Origin: a virus
Lineage: Duplodnaviria; Caudoviricetes
Virus record (IMG/VR): IMGVR_UViG_3300037041_001930
Length of the DNA stretch: 64,000 bases
Reading direction: 5' to 3' (one strand)
Part shown: positions 10,801 to 20,359 of the stretch, piece by piece
Layout of the letters: every line of letters starts with the position of its first letter
Numbering within the stretch: the stretch's first letter is position 1
Program-made: the position numbers and the translations under genes
Notes under the pieces: generated by a model
Told to the model about the DNA's origin: nothing
Seen by the model: only the letters and a program-made list of their open reading frames with translations
Database searches by the model: none

Positions 10801-12214
10801 CGACTTGACTCACGAGGAGCCAGCCCGCCAGGTTACGCCGCCCTCCATAGTTATTACCAGCACTCAGCAGTGTACCGTCTGCACGAAGCCCGACAGACAG
10901 ACCAGTCGCCGCTGAAATAGCGATGACTTCAGACCACCCGGATACGTTACACTCCCCAGAATAATTGTAGCCAACCGCAATCGCGGTTCCGTCGGTTTTC
11001 AGACCAAGGATATGATTTCCGTTGGAGGCCACCCCTTTGATCCCAGTCCAGGCTGCACAGCCGGATTCTCCATAATAACTGTAACCCGCGAAGTAGACTC
11101 CCCCACTTGGTTTAACCGCAGCAGTGTTCTGTGTGTACCCATTCGCTGAGATTCTTTCATCGTAACTGACAGTTCCAGATGACCGAAACCAGACTTGGTC
11201 CACCGCGATATCCCACCACATGAACCCTCCTGGCTGGGAGTCATAATTCGAGCGAGGACCATCTAGCGAGGTCGCGCTTGCGACAGTACCCCCACGAGGT
11301 CCCGCTGGACCCTGGCCTCCCTGTGGACCCGTGGGACCCGTTGCACCAGGGGGTCCTTGTGGTCCTGGTGTAGTCCCCTGGGGTCCCTGGTCTCCACGTG
11401 TCCCTTGGTCTCCGCGTTGACCCCGTGGCCCCTGGGGCCCTGTTTCTCCCTGCGGACCCGTGATTCCCTTGGGGCCTACGGCACCTTGCACACCGCGAAT
11501 ACCTATAGGCCCTTTGGGGCCCAGTGGTCCCTGGATACCATCTAACGGTGGTATACCAGGGATCCCACGTGGACCGGGTTCTCCAGTGGGACCGCGAGAT
11601 CCGGGGGCGCCTGAGACAGGTATCCAGTCAGAAAGTGTGCGAGTCCTGGGGGATACCACACATCTCAGGAGTTCATTGGTGTCCGTGTTGATCCAGCGAT
11701 CTCCACCATTGTAATCCGCGTTGGCCAGGATCTCAGTGGTGCCCCCGATGAACTCTCGAACCGCGATCCCAGTACCCGCGACGCGGTCTAATAGGGGTAC
11801 AACCCAATCAGATCCCGTCCACTCGTAGAACTCATTATCGTCTGTATCAAACCATGTCTTACCGACATCCTGCGCAGTAAGGGTCATCTCACCAAGGAGT
11901 AGGCGCTCAATGGTGTCGCCCTCGCCGACCTGGAGTTCCGTGATATGCGCCGCTAATATGCTAAGCCCGCAGTAGGCCCCTGCGGGATGGCTGCTACGCG
12001 GTGTACCCATCATAGCACGTTCGGACAACATCAGGGCATGGTCAGTCTTCGAGCTATATCTAACTATCTCAGTGATCCCCGGATTCACCGTCGCGATGAC
12101 AACCACGCCCTGTGCAGGAAACAGTTCTGTATCTGCGACATGAGCTATGGTGCCCTCAGCGTCTAACACGGAGGTCAACTTGGTCAAAGCGTTGTTGGAT
12201 ACTGGTAATGGCAT
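7886..12214 (-). CDS. Fibre protein: anchor module, short collagen stalk, ~25 RCC1/BLIP-II-type repeats
   Basis: Repeated ~40-aa unit [33 protein letters not shown] over ~1050 aa; Gly-X-Y segment at aa ~200-310. Confidence 0.88.
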   Translation of the reverse strand: MPLPVSNNALTKLTSVLDAEGTIAHVADTELFPAQGVVVIATVNPGITEIVRYSSKTDHALMLSERAMMGTPRSSHPAGAYCGLSILAAHITELQVGEGDTIERLLLGEMTLTAQDVGKTWFDTDDNEFYEWTGSDWVVPLLDRVAGTGIAVREFIGGTTEILANADYNGGDRWINTDTNELLRCVVSPRTRTLSDWIPVSGAPGSRGPTGEPGPRGIPGIPPLDGIQGPLGPKGPIGIRGVQGAVGPKGITGPQGETGPQGPRGQRGDQGTRGDQGPQGTTPGPQGPPGATGPTGPQGGQGPAGPRGGTVASATSLDGPRSNYDSQPGGFMWWDIAVDQVWFRSSGTVSYDERISANGYTQNTAAVKPSGGVYFAGYSYYGESGCAAWTGIKGVASNGNHILGLKTDGTAIAVGYNYSGECNVSGWSEVIAISAATGLSVGLRADGTLLSAGNNYGGRRNLAGWLLVSQVAAGNQSTVGIKNDGTVATKGRNVNGQLNTSGWSNIAQLACGFEFTIGMTADGAAVGTGYNVNGECDVTTWAALTQVACGYNHTLGLRADQTVVATGLNTSGQLNVSAWAGVAKVSGGGAHSLGLLSDGTVVGAGNNANNQIAVSGWAGITDIACGDNHSLGVKTDGTVTGAGDNTYGQTNTAGWSSIAQFHIACGYENVVATNNAGAYLTLGSNAYGQLSAIPTWGPGVWPIAVGNGHAVGVLAGNVLSAGLNNYGQCAVSGWSGVQKIYCAEYATIAIYEEYGNAIAVGKNDYGQLNLYDDIYGYQYPWYGLVSIAMGPYHTLALDSGGFVRGVGSNYSGQLNFSWFYGIVAIAAGEDFSLALDSSGYVQYAGNTGYSEVYDAVSMWSGIVAIAAGYIFAAGLHADGTVVVSTSNPENPLYAANSWTGIVEIYAGPRHLVGRRADGSVVGVSTNDIGLRGFTPWTGVASVACGRNHSVGLRTDGTVVATGQNTDGQTNVTTWSGISAIACGPTHTIGLKPDGTVVATGNNADGQISIFPFSGITKVRTHYGCVVALKSNGTLLATTGGDYSYYQPGGLLDLASFVNVVDFDIAEHHLVAVLADGTARATGLSNYGEMNVSTWTGLVSVKCGQSITVGLKSDGTVVAVGDNSKGMLNVSGWTDIVSISVGKYSVVGVKADGTLVSTTHPIGYTYYGELEFNSGWHNLIGIAGGSRNTVVLRADGVVFAKGNNDVGQCNVGAWVGVTQIACGAKTTLGLLSSGGVVATGLNDYGQCNVGAWTDIAQVSSGPNFSVGRKANGTAVGVGSNVNGQINVGAWTTLISIAAGYQGYFTLGLKANNTVVATGQNSAGQCNVSGWTGIIAIAAGSQHSVGLKADGTLVATGSNTNGQCNIGAWTGIVEIACNVITTFGRKADGTVVSTAAVPVAALAPAVKLGVGSDHYLCLRADGSARGTGDNTNWETTLVEWDLIA

Positions 12215-12236
12215 GGTTCTGTCCGGGGTGTGTTAG

Positions 12237-15200
12237 TTAATTCTCGATGACTTCTGAACCAATCAATGGGTTACCTGGCAGACCGCTTCCTGGTGTCTTC
12301 GTGTGGAATTTGCAGTCCGGGAGATGTCGCTCGAGGACCCATGTCGTGGTCTTCCCGCGAATCACGATGACGAGTGTGGCTAAACAATCATTTTTTTCAT
12401 CGAATGTTAGATGGGCATTGAGAACTGTACTGCCACCCGGTAAGCCTTCACAAGTCAGATCGAAAGACCCCACGTCGAGTACCCATTTCCTGGGAAATGA
12501 CTGTCTCAACCTCAGGTTGAGATTGCAGTCTCCAATTGATGGAATTTCAATGATACTGAAGTTAAAGTCAAACTCTGTCGGAGGCATACTGCACCCGCAC
12601 TCTTCGTAAGGGGTGCTTGACCCGCTTGAGTGATGGGATCCACTGGAGACATGGGACCCACTTGAGTGATGGGATCCACTGGAGACATGGGACCTACTTG
12701 AGTGATGGGATCCACTGGAGACATGGGACCCACTAGAATGGTGAGACCCACTGGAGGCATGCGCCACACTGCGCGACTTACCACTAGAAACCGATCGGCT
12801 GGATCCGTGTCCTGATGGTTGGCTATGTGGCTGACTATGTGGCTGACTATGTGGCTGACTATGTGGCTGACTATATGGCTGACTGTATGGCTGACTCAGG
12901 CAGCAGCCACTTCTCACAGGTCCCTTCCAACCTGTTGGTGGGTTTGTATTGGGGTCTGGTGGATTACCGGCTTCAGGTGACACCTCTCGCATCACATATC
13001 TCGTACAGTCAAACTGCGTGCAGGGATCCACTATCACAGATTTCATATACACGAATCGGCAAGGATCTGGATCTGCGACAGGGTCCAGCGTTATGTCGGC
13101 GACACTGACCCCTTCTCCACCGTCGTGTGTGCAGACCACACATGTACCCACACATTTGATTCTATCTCCGGTATCCGTGAACCGCATTGTGCCAACTACT
13201 TGAACCTCGGCACCTGGATACCAACCATCGGGGACGTCTCTGAACGGCCCAGCCCAGACTACCCTATCTGTGAGTTCCCATAACATAGTATCACAGTTAA
13301 ACGTGTACTCACTGATCACGAGTTCCTTCATGAGATCGCAGTTGCATTCGCATGGGTGGCTATATGGCTGACTGTGCGAATGACTCGAATGACGTGATGA
13401 CCCAGAGTGTTTACCACTGGGGGTGTGCGATGACCCAGAATGTAGATGTGATGACCCAGAGTGTTTACCACTGGGGGTGTGCGATGACCCAGAATGTAGA
13501 TGTGATGACCCAGAGTGTTTACCACTGGGTAAGTGGGATGACCCACTGGGTAAGTGGGATGACCCACTGGGTAAGTGGGATGACCCACTGGGTAAGTGGG
13601 ATGACCCACTGGGTAAGTGGGATGACCCACTGGGTAAGTGGGATGACCCACTGGGTAAGTGGGATGATCCACTGGGTAAGTGGGATGACCCACTGGGTAA
13701 GTGGGATGACCCACTGGGTAAGTGGGATGACCCACTGGGTAAGTGGGATGATCCACTGGGTAAGTGGGATGATCCACTGGGTAAGTGGGATGACCCACTG
13801 GGTAAGTGGGATGATCCAGATGGTTGCTGGGATGACCCAGATGGTTGCTGGGATGACCCACTGACAAGTCCCGATCCCGATCCCGATCCTGATCCTGATC
13901 CCGATCCCGATCCCGATCCTGATCCTGATCCCGATCCCGATCCTGATCCTGATCCCGATCCCGATCCTGATCCTGATCCTGATCCCGATCCCGATCCCGA
14001 TCCCGATCCTGATCCCGATCCCGATCCCGATCCCGATCCCGATCCCGATCCCGATCCACTTTGAGTAGGACACTCAGTTACATCACAGTCACATTCGGGG
14101 CCAGCTCCGCATGGAACAAGAACACCGATGCACTTGAACCCAGTTGATACGCATGCTTTGATTACGTCTGGGCACCAACCCACCCCATCAACAGTGAGTG
14201 TGTTCGTCAAACCTAGAGTGGCGTCTAGTGTGGTCGTGCAGAGATTCTCGGTGATTACTGCCTCCGGTGCTAAACTATCCCCTCCATCCTTTGGATCCCC
14301 TGTACCAAGGATTCCATCACATATGCAATCACTCTTGCAGTGTTGATGTGGTGCGCACTCTGGTTTGCCTACGGCGTCCCCGAGATCGCCACGTGGACCC
14401 GTGGGTCCAGTGATGCCATCAGGGCCTACTAATTCGGCTGCAGCTGGACCAACGGGTCCAGTGGGTCCCGTGTCGCCAGCGGGGCCCATTAATCCAGGGA
14501 CACCATCGAAACCCTGTATGCCGCGTGGTCCTGTTTGGGTCCCGTCAGGACCAGTGAGTCCACGTGGGCCCACGTCTCCGACTTCCCCTTTTGGACCCGG
14601 GATTCCCTGTGGACCCGTGCTACCGTCTGGGGGGCCATCATAATCGTTACCACGTGGGCCAATTGGACCCGTGATACCACGTGGGCCAGTCACTGAAACC
14701 CCTACGTCTCCCCTCTCACCCCTATCACCTTGTTCACCGGTGGCACCGGGTGGGCCTGTTGGTCCAGGTAACCCCCTCGGTCCTTTTATTACTTTTCCCA
14801 TGGGTCCGCGGGCTCCACGTGGACCCTGAATACCGGCGGGCCCCTGGGGTCCCTGGGGGCCCGGACCACCGGGGTTTCCTGGTGCCCCATCTGCACCAGG
14901 GGCACCCTGTGGACCCTTATCGCCCTGAGGTCCTTGTGGACCCGGGTTTACCTGTGGAGGCCCCTTGAGGCCTTGTAAACCCTGGGGCCCAGTGGGACCG
15001 ACACCAGTTATACCTTGCGGTCCCTGGGGTCCCTGCTGCCCTGGGGGCCCCTGCGGACCCACTGGACCCTCGAGTCCAGTGTTTCCTGGAACACCCTGCT
15101 CGCCCTGGGGCCCCACGGCGCCGTCGATGCCACGCGGGCCCGTGTAACCCTGTGCCCCCTGGAGACCCTGGGGCCCCTGGGGGCCTTGGTCGCCTTGTCG

Positions 15201-16148
15201 TGCAGTCAGACCTGAACCAGTGGGCCCCTGCGGTCCCGTGATACCCTGGGGTCCCCGGGGTCCCGTGGCACCGGCAACACCAGTCAAACCCTGTGGCCCC
15301 GTGAGTCCCTGGGGCCCAGTGGGACCCTGTAAACCCTGATAACCCATGGGACCCTTGGGACCCAGGGGTCCCATGATCGGCGATGTGTCTCCAATAGGCC
15401 CCTGGACCCCCTCAGGGCCTACTTCACCGATGTCACCTCGTGGTCCCTGTGGCCCCGTGGACCCCGGCGTTCCTGGTCCGGTGTCACCACGGGGCCCCGT
15501 GGGACCAAGAGGTCCCTGTGGCCCCGTGGCGCCAACAAGAATCGGAGACCAGTCCGATAACTGTCCCGTTGGGGTCACCGTACAAATATGTAGAGTGTTG
15601 TCGTCTACCCTTAACCAGCGATCTCCAAAAGAATATGGAAGATCCACAATATCTTCAGCCGGTGCTATGAAATCCTTTATACTCCGGCTTGGCCCAGTTT
15701 TCCCACTACCATGTGTTAGCACGGCAGCATTAAACTTGCTGCCATCCCACCTCGTAAATATATCCCCTGGGGTGTCTAGGTAGATGTATCCACGTTCACG
15801 TAACCCCAGGGTCAACTCGGCACGCTGCTCCGGAGTCATTTCATGAATCCGGAGTTCCTGGATGTGTTCAGCTGTAATCGTGGACCACAGCTTGGTACCG
15901 ATGTCCCATGCCCTCGGCGTCGTGCCCCCGAACCCACGACCATTCTGCGGCAGGAGTTCAACGAAGAGGAGCCCTGCACCAACGTTCTTGTTTGACAGCC
16001 GGATGAGTTCGACCCCGGTGGAACGTGACCCCAGGGCAACAATAATTGGTGTCGCTATCTTGGAGGCGTCGCTGACTTCGATCACGGTTCCCGAGACCCC
16101 CAGCGGGGCCGTAAGCGTGACAACGGCGTTGTTCTGGATCGGTAGCAC
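12237..16148 (-). CDS. Collagen-like fibre protein with (SG)n, (PSGSSHL)n, His/Ser-rich repeats and Cys-rich domains
   Basis: GTG start, shared anchor module, ~390 aa of Gly-X-Y, then tandem repeats that keep the frame, interspersed with Cys-rich segments. Confidence 0.85.
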   Translation of the reverse strand: MLPIQNNAVVTLTAPLGVSGTVIEVSDASKIATPIIVALGSRSTGVELIRLSNKNVGAGLLFVELLPQNGRGFGGTTPRAWDIGTKLWSTITAEHIQELRIHEMTPEQRAELTLGLRERGYIYLDTPGDIFTRWDGSKFNAAVLTHGSGKTGPSRSIKDFIAPAEDIVDLPYSFGDRWLRVDDNTLHICTVTPTGQLSDWSPILVGATGPQGPLGPTGPRGDTGPGTPGSTGPQGPRGDIGEVGPEGVQGPIGDTSPIMGPLGPKGPMGYQGLQGPTGPQGLTGPQGLTGVAGATGPRGPQGITGPQGPTGSGLTARQGDQGPQGPQGLQGAQGYTGPRGIDGAVGPQGEQGVPGNTGLEGPVGPQGPPGQQGPQGPQGITGVGPTGPQGLQGLKGPPQVNPGPQGPQGDKGPQGAPGADGAPGNPGGPGPQGPQGPAGIQGPRGARGPMGKVIKGPRGLPGPTGPPGATGEQGDRGERGDVGVSVTGPRGITGPIGPRGNDYDGPPDGSTGPQGIPGPKGEVGDVGPRGLTGPDGTQTGPRGIQGFDGVPGLMGPAGDTGPTGPVGPAAAELVGPDGITGPTGPRGDLGDAVGKPECAPHQHCKSDCICDGILGTGDPKDGGDSLAPEAVITENLCTTTLDATLGLTNTLTVDGVGWCPDVIKACVSTGFKCIGVLVPCGAGPECDCDVTECPTQSGSGSGSGSGSGSGSGSGSGSGSGSGSGSGSGSGSGSGSGSGSGSGSGSGSGSGSGSGSGSGSGLVSGSSQQPSGSSQQPSGSSHLPSGSSHLPSGSSHLPSGSSHLPSGSSHLPSGSSHLPSGSSHLPSGSSHLPSGSSHLPSGSSHLPSGSSHLPSGSSHLPSGSSHLPSGSSHLPSGKHSGSSHLHSGSSHTPSGKHSGSSHLHSGSSHTPSGKHSGSSRHSSHSHSQPYSHPCECNCDLMKELVISEYTFNCDTMLWELTDRVVWAGPFRDVPDGWYPGAEVQVVGTMRFTDTGDRIKCVGTCVVCTHDGGEGVSVADITLDPVADPDPCRFVYMKSVIVDPCTQFDCTRYVMREVSPEAGNPPDPNTNPPTGWKGPVRSGCCLSQPYSQPYSQPHSQPHSQPHSQPHSQPSGHGSSRSVSSGKSRSVAHASSGSHHSSGSHVSSGSHHSSRSHVSSGSHHSSGSHVSSGSHHSSGSSTPYEECGCSMPPTEFDFNFSIIEIPSIGDCNLNLRLRQSFPRKWVLDVGSFDLTCEGLPGGSTVLNAHLTFDEKNDCLATLVIVIRGKTTTWVLERHLPDCKFHTKTPGSGLPGNPLIGSEVIEN
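12620..12896. repeat. Coding tandem repeats: ~36-bp unit (SSGSHHSSGSHV, ~3x) and 12-bp unit (SQPH/SQPY, ~6x)
   Basis: CTTGAGTGATGGGATCCACTGGAGACATGGGAC repeats at ~12620-12750; TGGCTGACTATG repeats at ~12821-12896. Confidence 0.85.
13394..13860. repeat. Coding tandem repeats: 21-bp unit x14 (PSGSSHL) plus 2 variants, and 54-bp unit x~2.5
   Basis: ACCCACTGGGTAAGTGGGATG head-to-tail from ~13521 to ~13815; 54-bp unit (PSGKHSGSSHLHSGSSHT) at ~13394-13529. Confidence 0.95.
13869..14057. repeat. Hexamer microsatellite (GATCCC/GATCCT) x~31 encoding a Ser-Gly linker
   Basis: Directly visible; in frame in the 1303-aa minus-strand gene. Confidence 0.97.
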
Positions 16149-16159
16149 TGGAGCCCCTG

Positions 16160-16480
16160 TTAGATCGTAGTGGCCACGAGAGCCTTGGTCTTCCTGACTT
16201 CATCGACATATCCGCGTAACACGACTTTATTGCGGTAGACATCCCCCGTGGACAGGACTCGGAATCTCACGATGGCCTGGGTGAACCCGATGATGGGGTC
16301 GACCACATTGGCCAAGGAGAACGTGTAGAGCCCGGGGTCCAGCAGACACTCCTGCGCCATGTTATCGGAGAGCGCAAGGAGTGTCATGGTTTCCATATTC
16401 AGGATCTGGACCTCGACGGCACCGAGCCCCGGCTGGAACTCGGCACCAACAATCACAGTCTCATGGCCGTCATATCTCAT
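16160..16480 (-). CDS. Small hypothetical virion protein (beta-rich)
   Basis: 106-aa ORF tightly packed between two virion genes; AGGA-like RBS upstream. Confidence 0.7.
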   Translation of the reverse strand: MRYDGHETVIVGAEFQPGLGAVEVQILNMETMTLLALSDNMAQECLLDPGLYTFSLANVVDPIIGFTQAIVRFRVLSTGDVYRNKVVLRGYVDEVRKTKALVATTI

Positions 16481-16489
16481 AGTGTTTCC

Positions 16490-19201
16490 TTAGTCCCATT
16501 CGAGGCGACGTGCGCCCAGAGTTGATAAACCACCGCCACTGACGTTGACGACAAGGGCGAGGCGAGACGTCGCCTGAGCCGGAGCGTTGCCTCCAGGAGA
16601 GGTGTCCACGTCGACCACGGTCAGGGCGACCACGGCGTTGCGCCCATTGTCGGCCTGGGGGTATGTATGCGAGAACGTGGGTCCAGTTCCCGAGTTATCA
16701 AATCTGGCCAGATTCCACCACGTCGGGAACGCGGGGTCATTGACACCTAGAGGTGGCAGTGCTGTCATCGATGACCGGATCTCCCAGGCATACGATGCAA
16801 TCGCGGCAGGGGTACCCCCCGATTCGATTTCGTAGTCGTTGGCGGTACGGAAGTGCTGAACCCCGGCACCATAGGTGATATTGGCACCGATAACTGAGGT
16901 ATCCAACCAGACCTTGGTGGGGTTCGTGGTATCGATGTCCACGATGGGGATGACTTTGGTGATCGCCCCGGCGAGATCAGTGAGGACGAGAACCGCGTGC
17001 CCCCCGGTGCGGAGACCACCATTGATGAGGTTGGGATCCGTGAATGCGATTGAGGGGTGCCCGGCCAAAATTGTGCCCGCTGCGGCGAGGACTGGATCGG
17101 TGCCCAGGGGATCCCCTTGCACCCAGACGACATCGGTGCCGTAGGAACGTCGACCATCGAAGACGTATGTTTTCGCGCTGCCAGGTACGGATGCAGGTGA
17201 GGGAATGATTGCTGCGGGGTTCAGGTTGTCCACCGCGCCGGTCTGCGAGTAGACCACTGGAGTAGCCCCAAACAGTTTCCAGGGCTGGCCAATCGTATTT
17301 GACCACCCCGTGGTGGACTTCACGGTAGCCCTGACATCCAGGGAGTCGTTGACCCGTTGTGGCAGCTTCAGAGGTTTTGATGGGAACCCGATAGCGATGG
17401 TGTCCGAGGGCTGGACAAGGCCAGGCAGCGGGGAACCCACAACTAAAACAATCTGGTCATCACTAGGCACACTTGCGATGGGGTACCATCCGCGCATGCC
17501 ACCGTTGACGACGACGAAGAAAGATCCCGGCCAGGCGTGTAAACCGATACCAGGGGAATTGATGGTGATCCCGGGGCCAACTGCGCTACCCCCGAGCTGA
17601 GTGTAATCCAGTCCCACACCTTCCCAGCCAAAACCACCCGCATTGATCTCCCACTCCCAGCTCGTGTGGTTGCCACCCCCGGGTTCGTTGGAGATAAAGA
17701 ACCAGTCGGCTGACGTGTAGACCTGGGTTGAACCCGTCACCGCGATAACAATGGAATCCACTGACGCCGAGGCCACAATGGGGTAACTGTGAAGAATTGG
17801 AGCCGCGAGACCGCCACCAGCAGGGGTCTGCGTGACCACGTTGAGGAACCCTCTGATCTCCCCTGCGGCGAGATCTCCGGCCTGGATACCGCGACCAATG
17901 TTGGTCACGTTAATCGTGAGGTTTCCGCCTATGGCGGCGTTGAGATCCACGTTACCCGTGAATCTCGAGTAGATCTGCCCAGACGACCAGGGGTCATTGC
18001 GTACCGCGACTCTACCAGTGCCGTTAAGGGCGACCACGGAGCCCGCGGGGGCGTCCTGATAGCGTGCGGCGACGACAAGAGTGTTGTCGGCACCGGAGAG
18101 CACAGGGGACACCATGGCGACGTCACGAATCGTGTTGGGGGCTGAGGACGAGAACACTGGGGAACCCGAACTCGCGACGAGATCGTTCCAGGAAGCCCAC
18201 TCACGTGCAGCGAAACTGAAACCAGGGGCTCGATAGGTAGTCCGGAGATAGAACGTCGCCGTGGCCGTTCTTGCCGGGTTGAGTTCACCAAGCGCACCGA
18301 CACCGGCGTCATCCTTGGATGTCAGCTGCACCGGCCAGATGTCGATATGATTCCAGGTATGCGTCTGACTCGGGAAACCAGGTCCGGGGTAAACGACTTC
18401 GGTGCCCCCGACAAGGGTTCCACCTGCACCGGGAACTAGGGTTCCAAAAGCGTTGCCGTAGCGCGATCCAATCGAGAACGCGAAACGGGTGCCGTCTACA
18501 GGGGAGCCGTCTGAATTCTGGACCCCACCACTGGGGCGGTGAGCCCCGCTGATTTGCTCGAAGAGGACCTGAGCAAACTCGGAGTAGAACTGCCCCGTGG
18601 TCCGCCCACCCGCGGTGACTCGATTCTCGTTGTCACTTGAGCTGTTTCCAAGGATCCTGGCGACTGCACGAGAGATATCAGTGGGGTTCACGGGATCGAG
18701 GCTGACCCCGGTGATGACTGCACTGGGTCCCTGGTTGAGTTGGAGATCAATGTTTCCGTTGATGTCGCCGACACCACCGCCGTCTGGGGTAGCGTTCCAG
18801 GCATCTCCAGTCAGCGTGAATAGAACACTGGCGAACTGGTCAGCGGTGGCATAGTTGGCTATCGCTGACGCCCCATTGTCATATTTGAAGCCGAGGAGAT
18901 GGTCGCCACCGCTGCCGTCTGTCGGCGACTGGTTCTCGTATGCAGAACCCGGGGGATCCACCGGGGTGACATCGCTCTTTCTCCAGAAGAGCACCACGAG
19001 TTTATCACCGTTCTGGCAAACCCAGTTGGTGCCCATGAAATTGTCTTCACTGATCGCGACTTGATAGATGCCTGCGTTATCGGTGAGGCGGACCACACGC
19101 CGCCACCGTGTTACAGTACCTGGGCGCGAGTAAATCGCGGTGTAGTAAACACCAGGAGTGTTGACCCCTGCAACCTTGACGAAACCTTGGGCGGTGGACA
19201 T
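16490..19201 (-). CDS. Large virion protein with PKD-like domains
   Basis: PKD-like motifs: GPSAVIT...NSSSDNE...THTWNHIDIWPVQLTSKDDAG and YVFDGRRSYG...IASYAWEI...GPTFSHTYP...VALTVVD. Gly/Thr/Val-rich; RBS GGAG. Confidence 0.7.
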   Translation of the reverse strand: MSTAQGFVKVAGVNTPGVYYTAIYSRPGTVTRWRRVVRLTDNAGIYQVAISEDNFMGTNWVCQNGDKLVVLFWRKSDVTPVDPPGSAYENQSPTDGSGGDHLLGFKYDNGASAIANYATADQFASVLFTLTGDAWNATPDGGGVGDINGNIDLQLNQGPSAVITGVSLDPVNPTDISRAVARILGNSSSDNENRVTAGGRTTGQFYSEFAQVLFEQISGAHRPSGGVQNSDGSPVDGTRFAFSIGSRYGNAFGTLVPGAGGTLVGGTEVVYPGPGFPSQTHTWNHIDIWPVQLTSKDDAGVGALGELNPARTATATFYLRTTYRAPGFSFAAREWASWNDLVASSGSPVFSSSAPNTIRDVAMVSPVLSGADNTLVVAARYQDAPAGSVVALNGTGRVAVRNDPWSSGQIYSRFTGNVDLNAAIGGNLTINVTNIGRGIQAGDLAAGEIRGFLNVVTQTPAGGGLAAPILHSYPIVASASVDSIVIAVTGSTQVYTSADWFFISNEPGGGNHTSWEWEINAGGFGWEGVGLDYTQLGGSAVGPGITINSPGIGLHAWPGSFFVVVNGGMRGWYPIASVPSDDQIVLVVGSPLPGLVQPSDTIAIGFPSKPLKLPQRVNDSLDVRATVKSTTGWSNTIGQPWKLFGATPVVYSQTGAVDNLNPAAIIPSPASVPGSAKTYVFDGRRSYGTDVVWVQGDPLGTDPVLAAAGTILAGHPSIAFTDPNLINGGLRTGGHAVLVLTDLAGAITKVIPIVDIDTTNPTKVWLDTSVIGANITYGAGVQHFRTANDYEIESGGTPAAIASYAWEIRSSMTALPPLGVNDPAFPTWWNLARFDNSGTGPTFSHTYPQADNGRNAVVALTVVDVDTSPGGNAPAQATSRLALVVNVSGGGLSTLGARRLEWD

Positions 19202-19260
19202 TCGTGATCTCCTGTAGTCTGGATACTAAGCCAGTGTCTGTCGGGGAGAAGCCTGTGCTC

Positions 19261-20298
19261 TCACGCCGCATTGGGACCGGGGAGGTCGTCAGCATTCTGC
19301 CGATTCGTGCGTTTCGTGGCCTTCGAGCCCTCGTCATGGTAGATACCGTTGGTTCGATTCTTGGTCTCATTCAGCCCAGTGTTTAGGCAGTTCTCGACAC
19401 GAATCTTAGTGGAGGCCACACGTCGCCCCACGGCTTCATCGGTGTGATCCGTGCTCTCGGAAGCCGACACTAACATTTCGCGGATGAGTGCCCAGATGAG
19501 ATCAACTGTTAGGTAGGATCCATCGGGATGACTCGGAAAAAATAGCTTGTGGTCAATGGAGAGCTGGTAATTCGCGAGGCCGCGTTCGGCGTGGAAGAAT
19601 ATCGCATTGAGATCCCTGCAGACACGATCCGTGATGAACGGTGCCTCGCGCTTCCAGTTGTTCTTCTGAATCGAGGTTGTGACTACATCGAAGACTTGGG
19701 GCTTCACGGAGCGCTCAAAGCACTCCTCGATGATGCGTATGGAGTCAGCGATGTTAATGACCCCCTTCTGGCGATCCAGGAGTTCACGTAACACGGATTG
19801 CAGACTGATGAAGGTTTGGTCTAGCCTGCGCTCCCTGGTGTTCTCGCGCTCCGTACTCGTGCGATCGTGGGCTGACAGGGCACTCGCAAAGGACTCGGCC
19901 TGGGAGGTCGTCAATGTCTCGAGTCTGGAGCCATGATCAACCATGTCCTTGCGGAGCCCGTGGATCTCTTTACCCAGCCCTTCAATGCAGGCCCCGTGGC
20001 GTTGGAGCCCACGCATTACGAGCTCATTGGAGTCCGTTATCGCCTTGGCGATGCTCTCGTTGGATGCCGCGATGAGTTCTGCTCTACGGGTTTTCCCGTC
20101 CTGCTCGATCTCGAGCTTCTTGTTCTCAGCTGTCTTCGCATCTTTCTTGGAGCGCAGCCATAACCAGAACGCGATGACACCCAAGACCAGGACGATGATC
20201 AGGAACACGATCCCACCTGTCTCCAAGCGGTTAGCTGCGTTCATGATACGTTCAGATGCCGCCGCGGCGTCTGCTGGATTCGTGGGTAGATCGGCCAT
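19261..20298 (-). CDS. Membrane-anchored coiled-coil protein (holin-like N-terminus possible)
   Basis: Start re-assigned to ATG 20298. One strong TM helix (GGIVFLIIVLVLGVIAFWLWL) followed by RSKK and a long helical region. Confidence 0.7.
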   Translation of the reverse strand: MADLPTNPADAAAASERIMNAANRLETGGIVFLIIVLVLGVIAFWLWLRSKKDAKTAENKKLEIEQDGKTRRAELIAASNESIAKAITDSNELVMRGLQRHGACIEGLGKEIHGLRKDMVDHGSRLETLTTSQAESFASALSAHDRTSTERENTRERRLDQTFISLQSVLRELLDRQKGVINIADSIRIIEECFERSVKPQVFDVVTTSIQKNNWKREAPFITDRVCRDLNAIFFHAERGLANYQLSIDHKLFFPSHPDGSYLTVDLIWALIREMLVSASESTDHTDEAVGRRVASTKIRVENCLNTGLNETKNRTNGIYHDEGSKATKRTNRQNADDLPGPNAA

Positions 20299-20359
20299 GT
20301 TGTTTCCGTGCTGGTGGTGTCGCCACAGAATACCGGAGATCCGCGTTACGCCAATGGGC

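Noticed and set aside
13394-13860. CRISPR-like array (palindromic 21-bp repeats)
   Set aside because: Repeats are head-to-tail with no unique spacers, stay in frame inside a gene, and no cas genes are present.
13328-14073. ORFs encoding (DR)n, (DP)n, (IG/IR)n and (WVSGMTH)n
   Set aside because: Alternative frames of the tandem repeats inside the 1303-aa fibre gene.
4831-15783. Many short Pro/Gly/Trp-rich ORFs on both strands
   Set aside because: Out-of-frame or antisense readings of the Gly-X-Y collagen codons.
3836-16148. Giant eukaryotic virus origin suggested by collagen and RCC1 repeats
   Set aside because: SD sites, ATGA coupling, bacterial-type RNAP, and portal, prohead protease and HK97-type capsid genes indicate a prokaryotic tailed phage; no double-jelly-roll capsid is seen.
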